Shown here: piece by piece, positions 1 through 12,056 of the stretch | Layout of the letters: each line of letters opens with the position of its first letter | Numbering within the stretch: position 1 is the first letter of the stretch | From: Octopus vulgaris | Lineage: Eukaryota | Assembly (NCBI GenBank): GCA_951406725.2 | Contig: OX597815.1 | Coordinates: 26,784,001-26,848,000 of the forward strand | Direction of reading: 5' to 3' | Length of the DNA stretch: 64,000 nt | Made by a program: the position numbers and the translations under genes | The notes under the pieces: model-generated | The model's database searches: none | The model's input: only the letters and a program-made list of their open reading frames with translations | Told to the model about the DNA's origin: nothing

Positions 1-237
1 TGTATATATGTGTGTGTGTGTGCATTTTTCCACCGGCCATCGCTTAACCATTGGTACGGGTGTGTTTATGTCCCTGTAACTGAGGTTTAGCAAAAGTCAC
101 CAATAAAATCAATACTAGACTTACAAAGACTAAGTCTTGGGGTCGATTTCTTCCATTGACTCCCTTGAAGGTGGTGCTCCAGAATGGTCTCAGTCAAATG
201 ACTGAAACACGTCAAAGAATAAAAGACTAAAAGAGTA
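1..237 (+). mobile_element. 3' part of tRNA-derived SINE family A (truncated by window edge)
   Basis: (TG)n tract then GGTGTGTTTATGTCCCTGTAAC...GGTGCTCCAGAATGG...CAGTCAAATGACTGAAAC tail, matching the 3' half of the copies at 4448 and 27240. Confidence 0.8.
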
Positions 238-769
238 CAAATAAATTTCAGGAGCCAATGGAAGCAAGGCATTTGAATAACAAGACCATCCACGTAGTGT
301 TGGGGATTCCATACCTGTACTTGAACAGTGTGTATGGACATGTAACATCAGCACCAAATCCCTAGGTGAGAAAAAATCCCACAACAGGGAGGTGAGCAGT
401 TAGTATTGAACGGGTGTGCCATTGTGCCAGATGCGAGATTTAAGGAACAGAGGAGACAGTGTCTAGATATTGAGTAACAAAACGAACACATAATGGTCTA
501 ACTTTTATTCTGATTTTTTATTCATTATTCTTTTGTAGCAAATTCCTCAAAATCCAAACACAGGCTTTTTTAGCAATCAAGTTAACTCAGAGTCAATATT
601 TTTACAGATGATGACATATTTGAGGTTCGCACTAACGGTATTCAAATTGATGATTGGAAAAAACCCTGCATGACAGCTGACAAAACAGACTTCATTGTTG
701 TAATGTTTTAATAAATTCTGACATTGGTACAGTTACGATTGTTGTGAATACCCATGTGTACGGATGTAG

Positions 770-2641
<1,872 letters not shown>

Positions 2642-3345
2642 TGTAAAAGAATGATTTATTATACAAATCACAATAATGTTTTCTTCATCTCTATAAACTT
2701 CTTTGCTTTCAGTTCTGCCACTCTTTTTAGAAAAGAATTTGCAGCTATCTTTCTTCCATCTGTGATCATAATATCTAAATGAGCTGATAGAAAATCGTCA
2801 ATTCGTTTGTAAAGTTATCCCACCTTAATTAACCTGTAAGGCAATCACCTTTTCTACATTCCAAACAGTGAAGACAAGAAAAAATATTGTATTCATATCA
2901 ATTTTGATGTATTGATAAATGCTGCTGATAAATCATGTCATCTTGCTTTAGTTGATGAAACGATGTAAAAATATGAAAGGCACATCTGAATGAAGAAGTT
3001 TCTTGTGGGTCAACATAAGGTGATATTCTGAAATAGGAAAAGAAACATCAAGATAAAGAGAATAGTTAAATACACTAATTCAATGTTGCAAATTTTACAT
3101 GAACACTGTCATCAATTAAATGCTTCTAGGGTCGGAGTTCAATGAGGCATTGAAAGAATGGCAGGTTTTTTTTCCTTTGAACGGCACATGTCAACACAAT
3201 TTCTAGTCACTTTTAAACTTCGTATACAGGTAGAATGTGCCAAAATAAAACACTTTTCTTTGGCTTTCTTGAGAAAATTGTAATTTGTTTGTTTAACATA
3301 GCTTAAGTTTTCGAATTGCGCGCACCGGGACCGATATACTCGTAT

Positions 3346-3787
3346 GGTACTACTAGCGAAGACTGGACCCGGTGCGCGCCCATATATATATACTCACATA
3401 CACACACATATCTATATACATAATACTTACATATATATATATATATATGAATGATGTACCTACTATGGATGCTGTCCAAAAACTAAAAACTAGTAAAAGA
3501 ATATATCACACATACAATATCTATTTGTATAGGTGTGTATATACACACACACACATGATTAAAAACTAAAAGAATATATCACACACATTTTGTTTGATTT
3601 ATGTAAAAAAATCATATACATTGTTCTAAGAAATAATTTATTTACTTTCTTTAAAAAATTCTTTTATTTTACTCTGTAAAATCAACTCATTTGCATACGC
3701 GCAAGTCGTTGCAGGATCGACTATTTACGTCCAGCTAGCGCGGACACGCGATTGCGCGCACCGGGTCCAGTCTTCGCTAGTAGTACC
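3346..3787. mobile_element. Non-autonomous DNA element with 34-bp perfect inverted repeats
   Basis: GGTACTACTAGCGAAGACTGGACCCGGTGCGCGC at 3346-3379 and its reverse complement at 3754-3787; TA/CA-rich interior; no matching TSD seen. Confidence 0.7.
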
Positions 3788-3840
3788 CCCTAACCCTAAT
3801 CCTCCATATATATAAAAAAAAAACTTCTTTTAAATGTATC

Positions 3841-3980
3841 TGGTACTTCCGGAAGCACACCGGTACCTATACCGTAACATCGCCAGTTTTTTTTACACAA
3901 AGTAAATAGAAAAAAAAAACAAAAAAAAAAAAACACAAAGAATCGACTAGTCACGACTAGCTAGCGCGAATGCGCGCACT
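3841..3980 (-). promoter_or_regulatory. Candidate promoter / non-coding first exon of the zinc-finger gene
   Basis: Local CpG enrichment, ETS-type ACTTCCGGAAG at 3845-3855 and possible minus-strand donors near 3862-3872; inference only. Confidence 0.3.
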
Positions 3981-4447
3981 CTTCTTAAATAGTACCTAGA
4001 ATTTCAACAAAAGATAGGATCGGAGATTATTCATACACTTCGATTATACATTTTGATGAGGTACAAATTGTCAGCCCCCCCCTTTTTTTTCGCATCAATT
4101 CCGATACATAATTGTAATCTACACGACATGAAATACTTTTTGAAAATTGTATTTAAAAATACCCATTTTTTGCCCAGGGCTCTGCAGAGAGTCATTACTT
4201 AATTCACAATACACCGGTTGAAGTAAAAAGACTGACACCGTTTCGGTACCAGGGAGGCTTTCTGCGGCGAATCAAAGTGCTGGAAATAACAGCCAAATCT
4301 TCATTTGAAAAAAAAAAGGACATAAATGTTAAAGTAAGCCTGTATACAAAAATGGGAAAATTTCGACTAGATTAGCTCTGCATATCAACAATTGGGATTC
4401 GTTCCAACAGGACATTTAGGTTGCTTAGAAGTATTAGACAACTAATA

Positions 4448-4839
4448 GGCGCAGGAGTGGCTGTGTGGTAAGTAGCTTGCTAACCAACCACATGGTTCCG
4501 GGTTCAGTCCCACTGCGTGACATCTTGGGCAAGTGTCTTCTGCTAGAGCCTCGGGCCGACCAAAGCCTTGTGAGTGGATTTGGTAGACGGAAACTGAAAG
4601 AAGCCTGTCGTATATATGTATATGTATATATATGTATGTGTTTGTCTCCCTAGCATTGCTTGACAACCGATGCTGGTGCGTTTACGTCCCTGTCACTTAG
4701 CAGTTCGGCTAAAGGGACCGATAGAATAAGTACTGGGCTTACAAAGAATAAGTCCCGGGGTCGATTTGCTCGATTAAAGGCGGTGCTCCAGCATGGCCGC
4801 AGTCAAATGACTGAAACAAGTAAAAGAGTAAAAAGAGTA
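4448..4839 (+). mobile_element. Full-length tRNA-derived SINE family A
   Basis: Pol III A box TGGCTGTGTGG, B box GGTTCAGTCC, central TA/TG microsatellite, GTAAAAGA tail; near-identical copies elsewhere in the window. Confidence 0.9.
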
Positions 4840-4879
4840 TACTTTCATTTATGTGGACACATGTGAATACAAATATCTT

Positions 4880-5271
4880 GGCGATCTTTCGTCTCTAGCA
4901 GACCTTTCCGTCGATTTCCGTAAAAAATTTTTTTTTTTTACATATGGGCTTGCGGGAACTTTTGAAGCAATATACATACATATGCACATACACCGAGTAA
5001 AAAATTTCAGTTATCTCTTTCTTTCACACACACTAACAGAAGCACTTCACTTACACAACATACTGTCTGTCTCCCACACCCCATCAAACACACATGTCCA
5101 TCAATGCTTCCCATGCACGGTAACTTCAAAAGAACTTCCCTAGTCATACAATCGCTTCCTCTTAGTCTCTTTCGCTCTCATTACTTCAAAAGTTCCCGCA
5201 AGCCCATATGTAAAAAAAAAAAATTTTTTACGGAAATCGACGGAAAGGTCTACTACAGACGAAAGATTGCC
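4880..5271. mobile_element. MITE with ~90-bp TIRs and 8-bp TSD (Merlin- or MULE-like)
   Basis: TIRs GGCGATCTTTCGTCT...GAAGCAAT and ATTACTTC...AGACGAAAGATTGCC; TSD AATATCTT at 4872-4879 and 5272-5279. Confidence 0.85.
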
Positions 5272-5555
5272 AATATCTTATTTGAACTGATTCAATTTTA
5301 GAATATTGAACAAAAGACTAAAAATGACATTGCAAAATTTAATGAAGCATTTTAAATAAATAACTTGACAAAAAATAATTTTAATTTTTACTGTTCTTTC
5401 ATTTGTACACATCTGAATTGAATGTTCCTTTCACTTATTGATAATTCATACAAGAAATTATCAATAGATTCCGGTAAAGTCTTGGGCATGGGATCTAAAA
5501 TGATTCCATATAAATTGTACATAACTGTTTTAGTCAGATCTGTTCCAGTCTCCCA

Positions 5556-6284
5556 TTAGAAACTTTCAGATGTTCGTGACGCTATAGTGCGTAACTTACC
5601 GTATATTTTTGAGGGTGGACTACCCAAAATCAAATTACAAATAGCTCTTCGTGCAGTTTTGATATTCTGAAAAGAACCTAACAAATGAATTTTCGTATCA
5701 GCTAAAACAATCCTCGTCTTGGTAACATTCTCGATGGTAAATTTAGTTTTGCCGTTCCGGCCAGCCAGCCGACCAACAGCACGACCTAAGTGATCTCCTT
5801 TCAAAGGTTTCACGTCGGTAACATCGAACGTTTCCAAATAAAGTTCTTCCAGACGAAGTAAGGCTAAAGAATCGTCGATGTCGAAACCGAGAGTAAACGC
5901 ACGTACGAAATCCGCTCCCCTCTGTAGTGCTCCAATTTCTGTGGTGCTTTTACAAGTACGCAGTTCTACATTTCTCGTCTTTATATTGAATCGTACTTGT
6001 AATTTCAGTTGTTCAACTACAGGAGTGTAAATTTTCAACCAGTTTTCCTTAAGAGGTGTATATCTATGTGCGGGAACTGGAATTTTACGCCTTTCCGATT
6101 TACCAGTTGCGGAAGCTGCTGATATCGGAGGATACTGTGGTTTCTTTGGCGGTGATATATCTACCGAATCTTCGTTAGTGGTGCAATCTTTCATTTCAAC
6201 ATCGCTGTCTAGAGGTTTTTTCCGTTTTCTTGAGTTCACATCAACACAGTCAACCTCAGCATGAGCTTCCACGGGTTTTTCCAT
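5556..6284 (-). CDS. PNO1: RNA-binding protein PNO1 (Dim2; 40S ribosome maturation, KH domains), single exon, 242 aa
   Basis: Diagnostic motifs RKIPVPAHRYTPLKENWLKIYTPVVEQLKLQVRFN, DVKPLKGDHLGRAVGRLAGRNGKTKFTIENVTKTRIVLAD, ICNLILGSPPSKIYGKLR; complete ATG-to-TAA ORF. Confidence 0.97.
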   Translation of the reverse strand: MEKPVEAHAEVDCVDVNSRKRKKPLDSDVEMKDCTTNEDSVDISPPKKPQYPPISAASATGKSERRKIPVPAHRYTPLKENWLKIYTPVVEQLKLQVRFNIKTRNVELRTCKSTTEIGALQRGADFVRAFTLGFDIDDSLALLRLEELYLETFDVTDVKPLKGDHLGRAVGRLAGRNGKTKFTIENVTKTRIVLADTKIHLLGSFQNIKTARRAICNLILGSPPSKIYGKLRTIASRTSESF

Positions 6285-6380
6285 ATTTTTAAATCAATTC
6301 AAATTGACAAATGTATATATATATATATATCCACGTACCTCTAAAAAGATCTGCGATATTAAACGAGTCTGTAGTAACAC

Positions 6381-6446
6381 CACGTGCACATCATGAAAGT
6401 ATTCTTATGAACTTCCGGAATACAAGCATTTCCGAAGGGAGATAAC
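6381..6446 (-). promoter_or_regulatory. PNO1 proximal promoter with E-box and ETS-like motifs
   Basis: CACGTG at 6381-6386 and ACTTCCGGAA at 6411-6420, about 100-135 bp upstream of the ATG. Confidence 0.5.
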
Positions 6447-6635
6447 TCAACTGACTAAATGCATTAGCCTACAGCAAGAAGAGTTAGTTTCTCATCTTGC
6501 CATACGAATTCATATAAAAATAGAACATCTAATTTTACTTCGTAAATTTAAGTTTTAGACTGTAAGAGTTCATGAAATACGTTTATATATTTGTTTTGCA
6601 AGATTTTTGATGTGAAATCGTGTGTTGAAACAGAT

Positions 6636-6932
6636 ATTGTTGTATTTAGGAATGGTCATTTTGCCAGTTTAGCCAATAAAAACACACGCACTGTATATTT
6701 GATGTTACTTTGCTTCAGCATTATTTATTTTTAACATTAATCTTAATCTTATTTCTGGCCGAAATACGACATCTAATTTTACTTCGCAAATTTAAGTTTT
6801 AGACTACTGGCCAAAATAAGATTAAGATTAATGTTAAAAATAAATAATGCTGAAGCAAAGTAACACCAAATATATAGTGCGTGTGTTTTTATTGGCTAAA
6901 CTGGCAAAATGACCATTCTTAAATACAACAAT
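6636..6932. repeat. ~125-bp near-perfect inverted repeat with 48-bp spacer
   Basis: 6636-6760 is the reverse complement of 6809-6932; the spacer repeats 6525-6561. Confidence 0.9.
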
Positions 6933-7430
6933 AAATTCATGAAATAGTTACTTTAAAATGCTACAACTGTACATAGTTGTTAAGAATTTCGTGGAGGAAT
7001 TCAATGATTAGGTAGAAAATGTGCTTTTTTCAACTGTCCTCTGGATTTCGTTTTAATTTAGTGTTTTAGATTGTCTGAAGCAAAAATTTGTTTCAGAGTT
7101 GTACTTGCTTGTTAAGTAGGTACCTTGAAATGAGATTGTGTTGGTGCCTGATATATATTTAAAAGACAGACATATTTTCATATTCATATTAGTGATAATA
7201 ACACAGTGGATGATTCTTAAATATAAAAAGGAAATTATAATAGAGTACCACCTTGAAGGCACACACACACTGATATATATATAAATAAAGATATGTTTCT
7301 TTATTAACCACACAGGGCTGCACACAGACAGGACAAATTACAAGGTAGAGCTTTTCTTTTGGGGGTAAAAAAAGGGAGTTTGGTTTTTGATCAAAAGGGA
7401 TCATAATAGATAGATAGATTGACAACTTGT

Positions 7431-7471
7431 TCTATATATATATATATATATATATATAAGCCTGGTACTTG

Positions 7472-7511
<40 letters not shown>

Positions 7512-7660
7512 ATAATAACAAAGGGTAAAATTAATTAATTAAGAAGTAATCAATAATTTCACCAAGTAGAATTCGGCATGAAAAAAGGACCATTTCATGG
7601 TAAACTTAAGTAATACTTAATAAATAGGGTCCAGCAAAGATTTACTTTACCACATACCGA

Positions 7661-7702
<42 letters not shown>

Positions 7703-7797
7703 TCTAAAGAAAAAAGTGCTGGGGTCAATTCATTCCACCAAAGATTCCTCAAGAGTGTGCCCCAGCATGGTCGCAGTTTAATGACTGAAACAAAAGG

Positions 7798-7832
<35 letters not shown>
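7431..7832. repeat. Cluster of (TA)n microsatellites separated by short repeat fragments
   Basis: (TA)n runs near 7433, 7474, 7665 and 7800, with a SINE A 3' fragment at about 7715-7795. Confidence 0.85.
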
Positions 7833-7835
<3 letters not shown>

Positions 7836-8573
7836 CTGGGGAAGTCCAGTTTATGGAATTACCCTGGGTTTCCTGTCCATAAAGGATTCAACTTTATGGC
7901 ATATCATCAGACCCCAAAACCTGTTAGCCTAAGACCTCTTCAAAATATGAAGCGGGAAAGGCCTCGTTATGAATATAAACATGGGGATTATCTCTCTTTG
8001 CCATTGACTATCAACTTCCAGCTGTGCAGCCATTTTGCGGATTCCAAAACACTAGCTGGAATATCCCAAAATGCAAACATGGCCCTAAAATTTCTGGAGT
8101 TAAGGATGCTCCCTGGCTTGAGTGAGTCTTAGGATTCTCATGCATTCAGCTGTGGATAACTTGCATTGCTTCATCCCATTGATATAGGGGCCTAGGTTTT
8201 CAAGGATTTCCCATGAGATTGAGTGTGGGATTCCACCGTCTCTTAGTTGCCAGACATGGCTGGTTAGCAAGGTTACATATCTCTTTTCTGGGACCCTGAA
8301 GGAGGATTATGGTTGGAAATGTGTTGCTTGAGAGACTTCCCAGTACATCCAATGTATTTCCAAGAGCACATAATGTTGGCACTGCACCTATTACTGTTGC
8401 GTCTGTTGTTGCTGCAGTCGTCGATGGTGCTGTTGTTGTTGTTGCTGATGATGCTGGAGGTGGTGGTGGTATTGGTAATGTTATCACCCCTGCATGTGTT
8501 GCTAGTGCTGCCGTTATTGCTGCTGCTGTTGTTGGAGATGGTGCGAGTAAGGTGGCATTGGTAATGCAAATTT

Positions 8574-8757
8574 AAGGCGGTGAGCTGGCAGAAACGTTAG
8601 CACGCCGGGCGAAATGCTTATGCGTTACGTTGTGAGTTCAAATTCCGCCGAGGTCGACTTTGCCTTTCATCCTTTCGGAGTCGATAAATTAAGTACCAGT
8701 TACGCACTGGGGTCGATGTAATTGACTTAATACCTATGTCTGTCCTTGTTTGTCCCC
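8574..8757 (+). mobile_element. tRNA-derived SINE family B
   Basis: AGGCGGTGAGCTGGCAGAA head, GAGTTCAAATTCC B box, GGTCGACTTTGCCTTTCATCCTTTCGG body; a degenerate reverse copy lies at about 52835-52925. Confidence 0.75.
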
Positions 8758-8789
8758 TAAATAGGTAATGCAATTGTGAAGGCTCAATC

Positions 8790-9395
8790 AGCACGATTGC
8801 CTCCATCAGATTGAAGATCACCATAGAGACCAACCTTACAACAGCAGATTTCCTAGACATCATGCTCTTCTTGGGCTCCAGACCCTACTGTTAACCAAAC
8901 GAGAGGCTAACGTGCATCAACACAGCCTCCTGTCATCCACCCATCACGTCCAAGAACCTGTTAAAGGGTGTTAGTAAGAAGATTTCGAGCTTTTCCTCAA
9001 ACCAAGAGATCTTCGACATAGTGGCCCTGTACTATAAGGAGGCCCTAGCTACCATCGGGTTTAGGGACTGCATCTCCTATATTATGGAACCCCACAGCTG
9101 CAGAAGGAAGTGTCACATAAATGCAATTTGGTTTGTACCCCCTTCACCCTTAACACAATAACGCCCATAGGTAGACTATTCCTTAAATTGATAGACAAGC
9201 ACTTCATTAGCTCCCATACATTTTCAGTAGGTACAATGTTACTGTCTCGTCTAACTGTGATCCCAATGTTAAGAGCATCCTCGTTAGCACCCCTAAGCCT
9301 CAGGGAAAGGCTGGTTGTTCATGCAGGAACTGCAATAGTTGCCCAGTAGGAGGCCGTTGCAAAACCAAAGGGGTCATCTATCAAGCTGAAGTACT
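8790..9395 (+). mobile_element. Penelope-like retroelement fragment (RT thumb to start of GIY-YIG domain), decayed
   Basis: Translates with breaks to KITIETNLTTADFLDI, CINTASCHPPITSKNL, KKISSFSSNQEIFD, IGRLFLKLIDKHF, CSCRNCNSCPVGGRCKTKGVIYQAEV. Confidence 0.75.
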
Positions 9396-9647
9396 AGCGA
9401 ACCCTGCCAATACCACCGGCAGAACAGTAGCCATAATCACGAGAACAGAGCCAACACCACCATCGCCACAGTGGACACATTAGCAACGTCAACAATAGCA
9501 GCACCAATGACAGCACTGACAACACCCTCAGCACCATCACTAACATCGCCATCAATACCAGCCTTACCAGTAGCAGACCTGACAGTGTCCACACTAGCAG
9601 ACTTGAAACCCACTATAGTAGCAGCAGAAACAGATCCAGTGCCAACA

Positions 9648-9955
9648 TCATCGTCGTTTAACATGCTAGCATGGGTTGGACAGTTCAACTGGGGTCTGGG
9701 AAGCCAGAATGCTGCGCCAGGCCCAGTCTGATCTGGCAGTGTTTCTACAGCTGGATGCCCTTCCTAATGCCAACCACTACATGAGTGTAGTGGGTGCTTT
9801 TTACGTGCCACCTGCACAGGTGCCAGATGAGGCTGGCAAACGGCCATGATCGGAAGGTGCTTTTTATGTGCCACCGGCACGGAGGCCAGTCGGGGTGGAA
9901 CTGGCAACGGCCACGTTTGGATGGTTCTCTTACGTGCCACCGGCACTGGTTATAA
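9648..9955 (-). mobile_element. 3' end of RTE-type LINE, 5'-truncated
   Basis: (CAT)n tail then CGTTTAACATGCTAGCATGGGTTGGAC, the same 3' UTR as the RT-bearing copies; flanking direct repeat TGCCAACA (9640-9647 and 9956-9963). Confidence 0.8.
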
Positions 9956-11149
9956 TGCCAACAACAACAATGGCTGCAGCCCTAGCAGAAGCACCAGCAT
10001 AAACACAGCCATGTGGTCAGAAGCAAACTACTTACCATACAGTCACACCTGCACCTGTGAGTGAAGCCTAATGGTGTTTGTTTGCATTACTACCACCATA
10101 TTAGCTCATTTTGGATTTCTCTTATAGCCACTCTTGACGCCATGGACCTAATCATGGATGAAGAATTTGGATTTTAAGCTAAAATTTGAGTACTACTACA
10201 TGTTTTCCATACTGAGCATGTTTAGCTCTCACCTATTGTCTGTGTGTGTGTGTGTATATATATATAAATTTTTAAATTTTATACTTTACATATTTTGTAT
10301 ATTATATAAATTATTTTTATGTTTTGGTATATGTTTTTCACTGTTTGATTTGCCTAATAGTGGTTTTATCTCTAATATATATATATATATATACACACAC
10401 ACAATGGGAATCTCCATGCTACAGACCCATCACATGGGACAACATCAATATTTATCAAATTACTAGATAAACCAGTGAAAAAAAAAAAAATGGAAGAATT
10501 TGCTCTGTTCTGTATTCAAACAACCCCACAAAAAGAAGACAGAGTACTGTGCATAATTGATCAAACAATATGTATTTTACTTTCAGAATACTTGGCATTG
10601 CTAAAGTAACTGTAAATAGCCCAGAATTATTCTTAAAGAATGAATATTCAGTTTCATAGCCCACCACTAAATTTCTCTTGAAAAGTAATCTTACATGTAA
10701 AAATTAAATATGGGACTATCTACTTTTATGGATAGTCCCATATTTAATGCTCTCAATATATATAGTATATTTCATAATTATGTAAATGACATATACATAA
10801 TTCATGCTTATTAAACGAGAACATAGGAGTGAAAGTGAACACATTTTTAAAAAACTTTAAGCATAATTATTTCGCTTGTTATTCTTCATATTCTTTAAAT
10901 TTTTAAATGAGAGGAAATCAGAATATCAAGCGGTAAACCAATGCTGCAAATAAAATAACTCCTAAAAGATATGGAAACCAAGGTGTTCAGATGAAATTTA
11001 CATGTGCAAATACTGGAACTGGCCCAGAGCAATACATGCATCAATAAAGAAATGACATTGTTCCATGAAACATAATTGGTATATATAATTTGGATTATTT
11101 TAATATACACTACTGGAGCTGCTGGCACCAGACTTGCCTTCCGATCAAT

Positions 11150-11800
11150 CCTCGTTAACGGATCACTGGCAGGGTCTGAGGATATCATTTGACCCCTAAG
11201 GTTACACAAATCCACAGCTTTCTCATTGTGCATTCATCTCCAACATCTCTTGATCTGCCTACTTACTGAATTCTTGGCAATTTTGTATGCAGGGACAAGA
11301 GCTTGAAAACTGAATGTTACTGTATGTCTCTCACAAAGAAGTATGGCAGTGCTACTTGAAACAAATGCAAGAGCTATGTCAATAGACTTGGGCAAGCAAT
11401 AAATTAATCAAGAATGTCTTCCCAATACCACAGAGCAAGTAAATTCTAGCTTCTTGTTGCCAAAGCCCATCAAAAATAGTAAAAGACTGGGCTCTGATCA
11501 AATGTAGGACTTGAAATTTCTGTTGATAAATTAACTTTGAAGCAGTTAATTCGAAGGAAGGCATATTATACAAGTTCTTGGCCACTTAATGGCCAAAGAG
11601 AGCTGCATTATAGATTTCATCTTTGTAAACTATTTCCATACTAGAGTGCATCACTTGGGCTCGATTCTTCAAACACTTGCAAGGTCATCACAATACTTAG
11701 ACCAAAGTTACAGCTGATTGGATTGGTTCACAGGATTTTAACAGCATAGCAAAAAGAACTCTAAAGATTTTAGATTGTTTGAGATAGTGTTGCATCCTAC
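11150..11800 (-). mobile_element. Decayed Helitron RepHel fragment (PIF1-like helicase)
   Basis: Minus-strand translation FAMLLKSCEP, GIGKTFLINLLLAQV (Walker A), IALAFVSSSTAILL, DECTM (Walker B), in the expected order, with stops and frameshifts. Confidence 0.75.
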
Positions 11801-12056
11801 TGGGTAACGTTCTTTAATCCAAGTCAAAAGCATGCCTCTCATGCAAGTGGTGAAACCATGCCAAAGCAAACACTGGAGCATCATGCAGATTATGGACCCA
11901 TCAGATCCTGTCAAACAATTTTACCCATGCTGGCATGGAACATGAGCATTAAATGATCAATTTGAATTAATTCTATAAATTAAAATATCGAGTATAAACT
12001 AAACCACACTTATATGGACTTCAAAGAAAAACAAACCATTTCCATGACTCAATAAT

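Noticed and set aside
3788-3803. CCCTAACCCTAA as an interstitial telomere
   Set aside because: Only two units, attached to a repeat end.
4448-4520. tRNA-like A/B boxes (also 27240, 36002, 44072, 8574)
   Set aside because: These are SINE heads continuing into SINE bodies; no complete cloverleaf.
8200-8575. Overlapping 83-98 aa ORFs on both strands (also 9394-9731)
   Set aside because: They come from degenerate trinucleotide tracts lacking stop codons; no domain or splice support.
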